A stretch of DNA of 8,155 nt, taken from IMG/VR virus record IMGVR_UViG_2671180254_000007. One strand, written 5' to 3'. The notes under the pieces were generated by a model. It did no database searches, was not told the DNA's origin, and was given only the letters and a program-made list of their open reading frames with translations. Position 1 is the stretch's first letter. Every line of letters begins with the position of its first letter. This document shows positions 1 through 7,084 of the stretch, in pieces. This stretch comes from a virus (lineage: Duplodnaviria; Heunggongvirae; Uroviricota; Caudoviricetes). Made by a program: the position numbers and the translations under genes.

Positions 1-61
1 CATCAGATGGCTGCTTAAAAAAAGAACAAATGGTAGTGTCCGCTATTGCCAGTACACCTCA
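1..61. repeat. Left copy of a perfect 61-bp terminal inverted repeat (partner at 8094..8154)
   Basis: Seen in sequence: bases 1..61 equal the reverse complement of 8094..8154; identity ends at 62 versus 8093. Confidence 0.9.
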
Positions 62-188
62 GGGTATAAGGGGTTATGGCCACCGGACTACCAAACGGCT
101 GCCAGCCCTCTTTCAGTTTATGTGTCAGCTTTTCCGCAAGATCTGACGGCGGCGCCGCCCTGACAACATCATAGTGTTTAAATGCCAT
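15..188 (-). CDS. DUF1737-like small phage protein with a replaced C-terminus (start could also be 203)
   Basis: ORF-track protein from the internal Met (MAFKHYDVVRAAPPSDLAEKLTHKLKEGWQPFGSPVAI...) fits the DUF1737 pattern I recall (GWxPxG core); GGAAAG lies 5 nt upstream of the ATG at 188. The last 15 codons (LRCTGNSGHYHLFFF) are encoded by the inverted repeat, so the native C-terminus looks replaced. Confidence 0.5.
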   Translation of the reverse strand: MAFKHYDVVRAAPPSDLAEKLTHKLKEGWQPFGSPVAITPYTLRCTGNSGHYHLFFF

Positions 189-381
189 GGTTCTTTCCAC
201 CATCTGAAAAATAATTCTTTAAAATACCTGACATGTAATACAGAAAAAACACAAAACCATACCTTAAATAAAAACCTGATTATCAAGCAGATATGCATGG
301 ATAAACTACAAGACGAGATATAAACCACCCTGCATTTAAATAAACAATAAACAACATCAGAAAAATAATTCTGCTCTATGG

Positions 382-408
382 TTTACATTCAAAAATATCA
401 TTTATACT
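382..408 (+). promoter_or_regulatory. Putative sigma70-like promoter upstream of ORF 449..784
   Basis: TTTACA (382-387) and TATACT (403-408) with a 15-nt spacer in AT-rich DNA; spacer is short and AT-rich DNA gives many chance matches. Confidence 0.2.
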
Positions 409-448
409 TTTCAGAACATCACCAGCAAGGCATAAACAAGGAAACTAA

Positions 449-784
449 ATGAAGTGGATTGTGATTGATACAGTTATCCAGCCATCATGCGGAATATCTT
501 TTTCAGTCATATGGAGTAAAATAAAATTAATAATCTGGTATCAATCGGATGCTTTCTTACCTCCTGAAAGTATATTTACACTGACTCACACAGGCATCAT
601 GCTCAATAACAAAGTGCTACCTGTAACCATTTACAACGTAGTACCATTCAATAAAACATTCTGGAATTCAATCAAAAATAGCCAGGAATGCCCTACAAAT
701 ACAGATAACGTATTGAATGAATGCTTTAATAACCGTTGCACTCTGCAAATATGTCCTTATGGACTAAAACAACAAAGTCCATAA
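449..784 (+). CDS. Hypothetical protein, AT-rich cargo (moron-like) ORF, Cys- and aromatic-rich
   Basis: A 111-codon open frame in ~30% GC DNA where stops should be frequent; AGGA 6 nt upstream of the ATG; orientation opposite to the surrounding operon. No family recognised. Confidence 0.35.
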   Translation: MKWIVIDTVIQPSCGISFSVIWSKIKLIIWYQSDAFLPPESIFTLTHTGIMLNNKVLPVTIYNVVPFNKTFWNSIKNSQECPTNTDNVLNECFNNRCTLQICPYGLKQQSP

Positions 785-812
785 GGAGTTTACTCACATC
801 TGACAAAATCAA

Positions 813-1071
813 NNNNNNNNNNNNNNNNNNNNNNNNNNNNNNNNNNNNNNNNNNNNNNNNNNNNNNNNNNNNNNNNNNNNNNNNNNNNNNNNNNNNNNNN
901 NNNNNNNNNNNNNNNNNNNNNNNNNNNNNNNNNNNNNNNNNNNNNNNNNNNNNNNNNNNNNNNNNNNNNNNNNNNNNNNNNNNNNNNNNNNNNNNNNNNN
1001 NNNNNNNNNNNNNNNNNNNNNNNNNNNNNNNNNNNNNNNNNNNNNNNNNNNNNNNNNNNNNNNNNNNNNNN
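813..1071. other. Run of 259 N (masked sequence or assembly gap)
   Basis: Seen in sequence; content unknowable. Confidence 1.
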
Positions 1072-1184
1072 CGCCACCAGCACACCGTCAGCCAGCACTG
1101 ACATTATCCGGCTGCTGCAATGCCATTCACAAAAACAGTAAGCAATCACTTTTTACCGTAACAGGTGATAATCCAGATATGTAT

Positions 1185-1538
1185 CTACCCCAGATGAGTA
1201 ATCCGAAGTTCATCCATACCACAGGTCCTGGCTATTCTGTTGTACTCCTGAACAAGAGCAAATAATTCTGAATTAGCAACCATGAACTCATCGCAAACCC
1301 TCTGTATAGCATCACTATTCAGAATAATAACGTCTCTTCCCGAAAGACGATCAGGAGTACAGAACAAAACTGTCAAACGGCTGAAGGCCTTTGCTCGTGC
1401 TGCATTGACTATATCAATACGCTGCCTAAGGATGAAACACCCCGACGCCTCATCAATATTCACTCTACCCACACCATATGAATGATAAATATTTAATGCT
1501 GAAAAAACCATTAGACCGTATAACAAACACTCAATCAA
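1185..1538 (-). CDS. Hypothetical protein (TTG start in track; first ATG at 1511)
   Basis: 117-aa ORF with ordinary composition in an AT-rich region between the two N blocks; no convincing RBS, no recognised family. Confidence 0.25.
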   Translation of the reverse strand: MIECLLYGLMVFSALNIYHSYGVGRVNIDEASGCFILRQRIDIVNAARAKAFSRLTVLFCTPDRLSGRDVIILNSDAIQRVCDEFMVANSELFALVQEYNRIARTCGMDELRITHLG

Positions 1539-1600
1539 TACTTAACAGAACTTTTATTTTTGACAAACATAAAATATTTTCAACAATATCCTGAGCCAGG

Positions 1601-1850
1601 NNNNNNNNNNNNNNNNNNNNNNNNNNNNNNNNNNNNNNNNNNNNNNNNNNNNNNNNNNNNNNNNNNNNNNNNNNNNNNNNNNNNNNNNNNNNNNNNNNNN
1701 NNNNNNNNNNNNNNNNNNNNNNNNNNNNNNNNNNNNNNNNNNNNNNNNNNNNNNNNNNNNNNNNNNNNNNNNNNNNNNNNNNNNNNNNNNNNNNNNNNNN
1801 NNNNNNNNNNNNNNNNNNNNNNNNNNNNNNNNNNNNNNNNNNNNNNNNNN
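1601..1850. other. Run of 250 N (masked sequence or assembly gap)
   Basis: Seen in sequence. Confidence 1.
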
Positions 1851-1910
1851 ATATAGCACCCTGACTGATACTGTAGTACCTAAGGTTCCAGAAACTGTGA
1901 TGTATCCGGC

Positions 1911-1936
1911 ACAGAAAAGCCCCTCCGGAGAGGGCT
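1911..1936 (-). terminator. Putative intrinsic terminator (minus strand)
   Basis: GC-rich hairpin agcccctc-cgga-gagggct at 1918..1936, followed on the minus strand by TTTTCTGT. Confidence 0.35.
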
Positions 1937-2132
1937 GGAGAGTGGCGCTATGTGCCATTGCATGATGCCGGGTGCCTCCCGGTGAATTCAGTACCAGCAC
2001 CTGAATCCGCGATTATCCCATATACCTACTCGCTGATTGCCCCTCCGCACAGGGGGATTCACCATGCCAGTTTCTTTTAACAAACTCCCCGCAAAACAGA
2101 CAACTGTCAACCGTCTGAATTGTGAGACATTT

Positions 2133-2158
2133 AAAAAAAAGGCCCGCAAAAGCGAGCC
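2133..2158 (-). terminator. Putative intrinsic terminator just downstream of the tRNA cluster (minus strand)
   Basis: Minus strand reads ggctcgc-tttt-gcgggcc followed by eight T (plus-strand A8 at 2133..2140). Confidence 0.5.
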
Positions 2159-2172
2159 AGGGAAAATAAGTG

Positions 2173-2249
2173 TGGCGCGTTGTACTGGATTCGAACCAGT
2201 GACCGATTGCTTAGAAGGCAATTGCTCTGTCCGGCTGAGCTAACAACGC
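2173..2249 (-). tRNA. tRNA-Arg (anticodon UCU)
   Basis: Manual fold of the reverse complement: acceptor gcgttgt/acaacgc, D-stem gctc/gagc, anticodon loop cuUCUaa, T-arm cactg-gttcgaatc-cagtg, discriminator G, encoded CCA. Resembles E. coli argU architecture. Confidence 0.85.
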
Positions 2250-2262
2250 ATGATGCAGATAA

Positions 2263-2339
2263 TGGACCGCCATCGGGGACTTGAACCCCGCGCAGCCAGC
2301 TTCGAAGGCTGGCGCTCTTTCCTGATGAGCTAATGGCGG
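2263..2339 (-). tRNA. tRNA-Arg (anticodon UCG)
   Basis: Manual fold: acceptor ccgccat/atggcgg, anticodon stem ccagc/gctgg with loop cuUCGaa, T-arm cgggg-ttcaagt-ccccg, encoded CCA. The C1:G72 pair is unusual, so the 5' end may be off by a base. Confidence 0.75.
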
Positions 2340-2346
2340 TATGTGA

Positions 2347-2422
2347 TGGTGGCCCTTGCTGGATTTGAACCAGCGACCTGGCGATTATGAGTCGCTCGCT
2401 CTCACCACTGAGCTAAAGGGCC
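2347..2422 (-). tRNA. tRNA-Ile2 (anticodon CAU, lysidine type); Met cannot be excluded from sequence alone
   Basis: Manual fold: acceptor ggccctt/aagggcc, anticodon loop cuCAUaa, T-loop ttcaaat, encoded CCA; strongly resembles E. coli ileX as I recall it. Together with the two Arg tRNAs this matches the ileZ-argN-argO arrangement of Stx-type lambdoid phages. Confidence 0.85.
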
Positions 2423-2462
2423 GGGAGCCGCATAATAACGACGCGTAATTAATTCTTCAATA

Positions 2463-3521
2463 TCATCCGTTCTGGCTGACTAAATCCTGTACTTCCCGAA
2501 CCGTCTGCTCAAAACGTTCAGTCTCCAGCTCAACGCCAATTGCACGACGCCCGAGCGCCAGTGCCGCTTTCACTGTCGAACCCAACCCCATGAAAAAATC
2601 TGCAATCAGGTCACCCGGACGACTGCTAGCGCTGATTATCTGCTGCAGCATTTCTGCCGGTTTTTCGCACGGATGTTTCCCGGGATAGAACTGCACCGGT
2701 TTATGCGTCCACACATCGGTATACGGCACCTGCACCGTCACGCCAAAATACCGCCGCAGATGTTTATATTCACTCAGCAGCTCCGCATACTGCCGGTTCA
2801 GTGAGGTATACGTATCCACCAGCTGGTGGTGGAGCTTTTCCAGTTCACCACGCCGATGCTTCTCTTCTGCCACCCGGGCAAACAGCGCCTGTAATTTCAG
2901 ATAATCGCTTTCATTCGGCAACTGCCACTGACCGGCACTGAACCAGTGCGACACCATGTTTTTCTTTCCTGTGGCATCTGCAATCTGTTTTGCCGTTATC
3001 CCCAGGGCAGCTCGCGCATCACGAAAGTAAGAAATCAGCGGGGCCATCACATGCTGTTTCAGTGCACTGCCCTTCGCCGCATACCCGGCATCTTTCGGAC
3101 GATACGGCCCCTGATAATGTTCCGCGAACAGAATGCGCTCTGTGGCGGGGAAATACGCCCGCAGGCTTTCCTTGTTGCATCCGTTCCAGCGTCCGGACGG
3201 CTTCGCCCAGATAATATGGTTCAGCACACTGAAGCGTTCACGCATCATGATTTCGATATCAGATGCCAGGCGATGACCACAGAACAGGTAAAGACTTCCG
3301 GCAGGTTTCAGCACCCGCCAGAACTGCGCCAGACACTGGTCCAGCCACTTCAGGTAATCATCGTCGCCCTTCCACTGGTTATCCCAGCCCTCAGGCTTCA
3401 CTTTAAAGTACGGCGGGTCCGTGACTATCAGGTCAACAGAATTTTCGGGTAACGACCGGATAAATTCCAGGCAGTCGGCGTTGATTAACTCACAACTGGA
3501 TATTTTTACAGTATTAAGCAT
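2463..3521 (-). CDS. Orphan DNA methyltransferase, beta-class (N6-adenine likely; PF01555-like)
   Basis: 352-aa ORF with DPPY catalytic motif near the N-terminus (VTDPPYF) and the AdoMet motif FxGxG near the C-terminus (DFFMGLGST); this motif order is beta-class. A central ~90-aa insert could be the target-recognition domain. No restriction endonuclease ORF is adjacent. Confidence 0.9.
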   Translation of the reverse strand: MLNTVKISSCELINADCLEFIRSLPENSVDLIVTDPPYFKVKPEGWDNQWKGDDDYLKWLDQCLAQFWRVLKPAGSLYLFCGHRLASDIEIMMRERFSVLNHIIWAKPSGRWNGCNKESLRAYFPATERILFAEHYQGPYRPKDAGYAAKGSALKQHVMAPLISYFRDARAALGITAKQIADATGKKNMVSHWFSAGQWQLPNESDYLKLQALFARVAEEKHRRGELEKLHHQLVDTYTSLNRQYAELLSEYKHLRRYFGVTVQVPYTDVWTHKPVQFYPGKHPCEKPAEMLQQIISASSRPGDLIADFFMGLGSTVKAALALGRRAIGVELETERFEQTVREVQDLVSQNG

Positions 3522-3553
3522 GGATCATTAAGCCTGTCTCTGATAGGCTCATT

Positions 3554-3572
3554 CTGCTTTTGCGCAAAGCAG
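3554..3572. promoter_or_regulatory. Near-perfect palindrome ctgcttttgcgcaaagcag upstream of the methyltransferase start
   Basis: Seen in sequence, ~35-50 bp upstream of the ATG at 3521; operator-like dyad symmetry. Confidence 0.3.
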
Positions 3573-3613
3573 TGGGCCTGAGGTTTGCTTGTGAACCCAA
3601 CGCATGAGCAGAT

Positions 3614-3644
3614 GGCTGGTGGGTGCCCCTAACACCCACCAGCC
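3614..3644. promoter_or_regulatory. Perfect 12-bp inverted repeat (ggctggtgggtg / cacccaccagcc) with 7-nt spacer
   Basis: Seen in sequence; no flanking T-tract on either strand, so not a typical intrinsic terminator; candidate protein-binding site or RNA structure in the methyltransferase leader. Confidence 0.35.
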
Positions 3645-3655
3645 GCCCATTTACC

Positions 3656-3685
3656 ACAAATAAAAAAGCCTTCACTGCGGAAGGC
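3656..3685 (-). terminator. Intrinsic terminator overlapping the stop codon of ORF 3672..3869
   Basis: Minus strand: gccttc-cgcagt-gaaggc followed by TTTTTTATTT. Confidence 0.6.
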
Positions 3686-3869
3686 GTCTGTAACAACCGA
3701 ACTGATAGTCTGCCAGACCCGCCATAACCAGCTGGGTCAGTATTAACTGGCAGCGTTCGCGTGAAAGGTAAGTATTCTGCGCTATCTCCCCGACTGTCGC
3801 CGGTTCGGTAACGCTTAATTCATTAAACACCACTCTGGCGGTTTCTGTCATATCCTGCTGTTTTAGCAT
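3672..3869 (-). CDS. Small (65 aa) hypothetical protein, possible helix-turn-helix DNA-binding protein
   Basis: ATG at 3869 with AGGA 6 nt upstream; the segment TVGEIAQNTYLSRERCQLILTQL looks like an HTH recognition region (inference only). Confidence 0.5.
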   Translation of the reverse strand: MLKQQDMTETARVVFNELSVTEPATVGEIAQNTYLSRERCQLILTQLVMAGLADYQFGCYRRLPQ

Positions 3870-3987
3870 GTCTTTTCCTTTTCCGGTTAACGTGACACAC
3901 CAATAACTCTTGTCGAAAAAGCCAGCAAGCTGAAAGACAGGTATTCACCGCCACCAGCGCGTTTACTGTACTGACGCGATTTCAGTC

Positions 3988-4011
3988 ATAAAAAACCCGC
4001 TCGGCGGCGGG
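3988..4011 (-). terminator. tR'-like intrinsic terminator downstream of Q
   Basis: Minus strand: cccgc-cgccga-gcggg followed by TTTTTTAT. Confidence 0.55.
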
Positions 4012-4060
4012 TTGTAGAAACTCTTCTAACGTCAGGCATAAAACGCCCATCGTTATGACG

Positions 4061-4088
4061 AATTTACCACAGATTCCGGAAAAATCAA
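4061..4088 (-). promoter_or_regulatory. pR'-like late promoter (candidate Q engagement/qut region)
   Basis: Minus strand TTGATT (4088..4083), 16-nt spacer, TAAATT (4066..4061), immediately downstream of the Q stop and ~55 nt upstream of the tR'-like terminator; position matches lambda pR'/tR' logic. Confidence 0.4.
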
Positions 4089-4093
4089 CCTTG

Positions 4094-4915
4094 TTACCTA
4101 GTTACCTTTTTTAACTGCCGCTCAGCCCATGCTTCTTCAATATCAAACCGGGTCACCAGCGCATCATAAAATTTCTTAACTGTTTTTTCCCATGACGCGC
4201 GTGTTATCTGGTTTGTCACCTCGCATATAGCATTAAATGCCTCCGTTGATGGTAGTCTTTCATAGCCACGACCACCACAACGCTGGCAGTCTCTGATAAC
4301 AGGCATACCACGTTTTACCGACTCTTCACGATGAATGGCGACACCACGCCCACGGCAATCCTTACAGGCGGTGGAAACCTCACCCTTTCCGCCACACTCC
4401 GGACAGGCAACTTTTACCACCTCCCTGACTTTTTTCCATTCTTCCCAGTAAGACGGATACACACCTTTCGTACACTTTGCCCATACCGGCGGCTTACCAT
4501 CCGGATACTGGATCTTGTTTGTAAAAACCTCGCTTTCAATAAATTTTTTTCCGTGACAGCAGGGGCACTGTTTTTTGCTCGCCGCGCTACGGGCATAATC
4601 TTCAAACGCATACGAAGCCATAATACGCATCACTGCCGGTTTTATTTCTGCCGGGAGTTTTCTTAACGCCGCCACGCGATCACACCGACTGAGTGCATAT
4701 TCTGTCAGCAATTCTGTTGCCCGCTCTCTGTCATTCATACTAATGCCCATTTTCCCAAGGAACGCAGAAACCCCCATCTCAGCCCGATTCTGTGTCATGC
4801 CCTGCGCGGCCATCACATCAGTGATACTCAGCGCATCTTTCGACGTTGAGGCCGATGCATCAGTCAGGCCGGGGGATTTTGGGGAGTAGTATTTCGGTAA
4901 ATCTTCCAGTTTCAT
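4094..4915 (-). CDS. Late-gene antitermination protein Q (lambda Q family, with insertion)
   Basis: 273-aa protein aligns by eye with lambda Q: N-terminal M(K/R)LE..PK(Y/F)(Y/H)SPKSP, TDVMAA.GM, DY.RSAA, CxxC zinc motifs, C-terminal TVK..YDALV...VTR. Start ATG overlaps the rusA stop (ATGA). Confidence 0.9.
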   Translation of the reverse strand: MKLEDLPKYYSPKSPGLTDASASTSKDALSITDVMAAQGMTQNRAEMGVSAFLGKMGISMNDRERATELLTEYALSRCDRVAALRKLPAEIKPAVMRIMASYAFEDYARSAASKKQCPCCHGKKFIESEVFTNKIQYPDGKPPVWAKCTKGVYPSYWEEWKKVREVVKVACPECGGKGEVSTACKDCRGRGVAIHREESVKRGMPVIRDCQRCGGRGYERLPSTEAFNAICEVTNQITRASWEKTVKKFYDALVTRFDIEEAWAERQLKKVTR

Positions 4916-5292
4916 TTTTTGACCTGCCCTTCAAGCATTATGGGATAAATCTTCACCCCCAGACGTCCACCAGATACTGGCTGAGCACGAACGATATTGA
5001 TTTCATCAAACTGCTCATCGTCCATTAGCAACCCCGCATGCGTCAGCGCATCCAGCGGCGCTTTCAGAATATTGTCCAGGTCACGGCGGCGCTTATCCGG
5101 TGGTTCTGCAATAATTTTTATTGCCAACCTTCCGGACAGGCTTAATTTCAGCCGCTGCTGGCGAACAATAAGCGCCACTGCCCGGCGATAACGCTCCCCG
5201 GCTTTTGATACAAAATATGTGCTGCCACGACGACGCCAGTAAGTGTTCACCGTCGGCGGGTAAGGTAAAACAAATTCTATGCGCTCGGTCAT
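4912..5292 (-). CDS. rusA: Holliday-junction resolvase RusA
   Basis: 126-aa protein matches E. coli RusA as I recall it (LPxPPxxN, PDxRRRDLDN, DALTxAG, GGRL). Confidence 0.92.
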   Translation of the reverse strand: MTERIEFVLPYPPTVNTYWRRRGSTYFVSKAGERYRRAVALIVRQQRLKLSLSGRLAIKIIAEPPDKRRRDLDNILKAPLDALTHAGLLMDDEQFDEINIVRAQPVSGGRLGVKIYPIMLEGQVKK

Positions 5293-6351
5293 TTATGCTT
5301 TCCACTTCAGAACACCCGAATTTCTCGCGTGCATTAAAAAACGAATCAGCAACAACAGCTGACTGCCGTGTTTCTCTTCAAAATCTTTTACTCCGGCATG
5401 TAGTTCGTTACGGCATTTACGGCATAACGGAATAACAAACAAATCATCAGCCTTTGTTCCCATCCCTCCCAGTCCATGACCAATGATGTGATGCGGATCA
5501 TCTGCCTGATTGCCACACGTCATGCATTTCTGCGTTTTTACCCAGCGCGTGTATACAGGCATCTCTTCCCGTTGTGATTTCTGGCGCTGGAGATACTGAG
5601 CCGGTGACTCCGGATCAACGGCAATGCTGACCACCGTCTTTTCCTGTGGTGGGTTCTGTTGCTGGTGGACGTGAGGCAGTAACGCAATATTTTTTGTGCG
5701 CTGCTTCAGTATGCTGGTGGCTGTCTGCTCTCCCGGTATGATGTCGCTTTCACTGTACACAGAGCGAATTTTTTCCGCACGCAACCCCAGCGAACGACGT
5801 AATACCGCTTCCGGTAGCGCGTCCGCCACCTGATTGCGGACCGCCCACCAGGATAATTCAGCCAGAGATAATTCACGCTCCTGCGTACCGCTTATTGCGT
5901 GACCGATGACGTCAATCATCCATGCTGACAGGTTTTGATGAGCAAGTTGCTCGAGTGATTCGGATGTCTGGTCACGCAGCTGGTTGTCGCAGTGCCAGCA
6001 CAACACCATTGCGCCGGTACCATAACGGTGAATGACGGTTTCGCTGTGATGATAATCGCCGTGTGGCCACTGGCAGGATTTAATATGGCGCAACAGCCAG
6101 TCAGACAATGCACCAGCACCACCAGCAGCACGAATCACCCGTGCGTTACTGAAAAACGGCAGCAATGTTTTGTCTTCCACCAGCGGCTGGCGAGCGGCAG
6201 GAACGACCCCGGACGGCAGATTACGCATGCTTTTTGGTTCCGGCTCCACCAGTATTCTGCCGTTATGGAATGCTGACATTGATTCACGGCCTGGCTTAAC
6301 GATAACCAGACCGAGTTCCGGTACCAGAACAGGTCGAAGTAATACCCGCAC
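5293..6351 (-). CDS. DUF968-family prophage protein (YdfU-like) with C-terminal Cys/His HNH-like motif
   Basis: 352-aa ORF; GTG start at 6351 preceded by GGAGG with a 4-nt spacer (alternative ATG at 6279); C-terminal CMTCG...HHIIGH...CRKCRNELH; lies directly upstream of rusA and Q as in Qin-type prophages. Confidence 0.8.
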   Translation of the reverse strand: MRVLLRPVLVPELGLVIVKPGRESMSAFHNGRILVEPEPKSMRNLPSGVVPAARQPLVEDKTLLPFFSNARVIRAAGGAGALSDWLLRHIKSCQWPHGDYHHSETVIHRYGTGAMVLCWHCDNQLRDQTSESLEQLAHQNLSAWMIDVIGHAISGTQERELSLAELSWWAVRNQVADALPEAVLRRSLGLRAEKIRSVYSESDIIPGEQTATSILKQRTKNIALLPHVHQQQNPPQEKTVVSIAVDPESPAQYLQRQKSQREEMPVYTRWVKTQKCMTCGNQADDPHHIIGHGLGGMGTKADDLFVIPLCRKCRNELHAGVKDFEEKHGSQLLLLIRFLMHARNSGVLKWKA

Positions 6352-6426
6352 ATTACCTCCAGATCCGTTGCTGGAATGTGCGGGACGGACGCGTTGGCCG
6401 TTCGGAGTAAGGGAGCCTGACGGAGA

Positions 6427-6711
6427 TTATCCAGTGACGGTAGTCGAGGCTAAGGGCTTTTTTAACCTCGCATCCGCGCCTGCGGTAACACTGAATGAGC
6501 CATTCGGCCTGTTCTTCAGTGCATGGGGGATGCTGGTACCAATCAGATTTAAATGCGTGAGAGCGCCGCCCGTGCCTGCTGGCAAAGACGGCTGAATTAT
6601 CAGAATTGTGTAGTCTGGAAGGCAGTGGCTGACAATAGCGCCATTCTCAACGCGCACAGTATAGAGGCCATCTTCACTAAAAATTTCACGTAATTCTTCG
6701 ATTTTCATCAA
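6427..6711 (-). CDS. Small nin-region protein (possible Rem-like), with a possible -1 frame continuation to 6353
   Basis: 94-aa ORF with AAGGA ~9 nt upstream of the ATG; position matches rem in E. coli K-12 Qin (hokD-rem-ydfU). The -1 frame stays open ~98 codons and ends at the DUF968 start. Confidence 0.5.
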   Translation of the reverse strand: MMKIEELREIFSEDGLYTVRVENGAIVSHCLPDYTILIIQPSLPAGTGGALTHLNLIGTSIPHALKNRPNGSFSVTAGADARLKKPLASTTVTG

Positions 6712-6827
6712 CAGAATCCTTCCAGATAAATAGCACTCCCCTGTTCGGGGTCCATCCCTCTTCTCCCTGCGCGCTACTTAAGTATTTTTGATTCTATTCC
6801 GGCACCATCTAAAACTTCAAACGCGTT

Positions 6828-6858
6828 GAAAATAAAAACAAAAACCCGCCGAAGCGGG
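6828..6858 (-). terminator. Intrinsic terminator downstream of hok (minus strand)
   Basis: Minus strand: cccgcttcggcggg followed by TTTTTGTTTTTATTTT. Confidence 0.6.
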
Positions 6859-6928
6859 TTAAGTGTGGGTGCATTGAGGATGCCTGACCCATCAGAGGTG
6901 GCGAGGGATTTCTCCCCCGCCTGGTCTC

Positions 6929-7084
6929 TTACTCCTCAGGTTCGTAAGCTGTGAAGACAGCGACCTCCGTCTGGCCGGTTCGAATTCGTACCTCGCAGAG
7001 GTCTTTCCTCGTTACCAGTGCCGTCACTATGACGGTTAAACAGATGACGATCAGGGCGATTAACATCGCCTTTTGCTGCTTCAT
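6929..7084 (-). CDS. hokD: Hok/Gef-family type I toxin (HokD/RelF-like), 51 aa
   Basis: Internal Met of ORF 6929..7141 gives MKQQKAMLIALIVICLTVIVTALVTRKDLCEVRIRTGQTEVAVFTAYEPEE, matching E. coli HokD as I recall it; GGAG 9 nt upstream of this ATG. The track ORF adds 19 in-frame upstream codons of uncertain meaning. Confidence 0.9.
   Translation of the reverse strand: MKQQKAMLIALIVICLTVIVTALVTRKDLCEVRIRTGQTEVAVFTAYEPEE

Noticed and set aside
125-328. ORF 125..328 (-)
   Set aside because: Overlaps the DUF1737-like gene in another frame and extends into AT-rich intergenic DNA; implausible composition.
1554-2000. ORF 1554..2000 (-) running into the N block
   Set aside because: The readable part overlaps the terminator-like hairpins downstream of the tRNAs and has no RBS; cannot be assessed because most of it is masked.
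1851-2172. Shiga toxin genes expected downstream of the ileZ/argN/argO-like tRNA cluster
   Set aside because: No unmasked frame resembles StxA or StxB, and the 2-kb space between the tRNAs and the DUF1737 gene is too small for stxAB plus the usual downstream genes; presence inside the N blocks cannot be fully excluded.
1988-2243. ORFs 1988..2221 (-) and 2037..2243 (+)
   Set aside because: They overlap the tRNA-Arg gene and terminator hairpins, have no RBS and odd composition; likely chance frames.
2946-3452. Plus-strand ORFs 2946..3452 and 2990..3214
   Set aside because: Antisense to the methyltransferase gene; Arg/Pro-rich products typical of shadow frames.
3514-3696. ORF 3514..3696 (-)
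   Set aside because: Spans the methyltransferase leader hairpins and the terminator; it is read from intergenic structure, not a gene.
4331-5435. ORFs 4331..4666 (+), 4414..4611 (-), 4846..5028 (+), 4997..5191 (+), 5093..5305 (-), 5205..5435 (+)
   Set aside because: All lie within or antisense to the Q, rusA and DUF968 genes, which have strong family support.
5916-6595. ORFs 5916..6131 (-), 5992..6276 (+), 6135..6353 (-), 6170..6595 (+)
   Set aside because: Alternative or antisense frames of the DUF968 gene and the rem-like gene; no RBS, biased composition.
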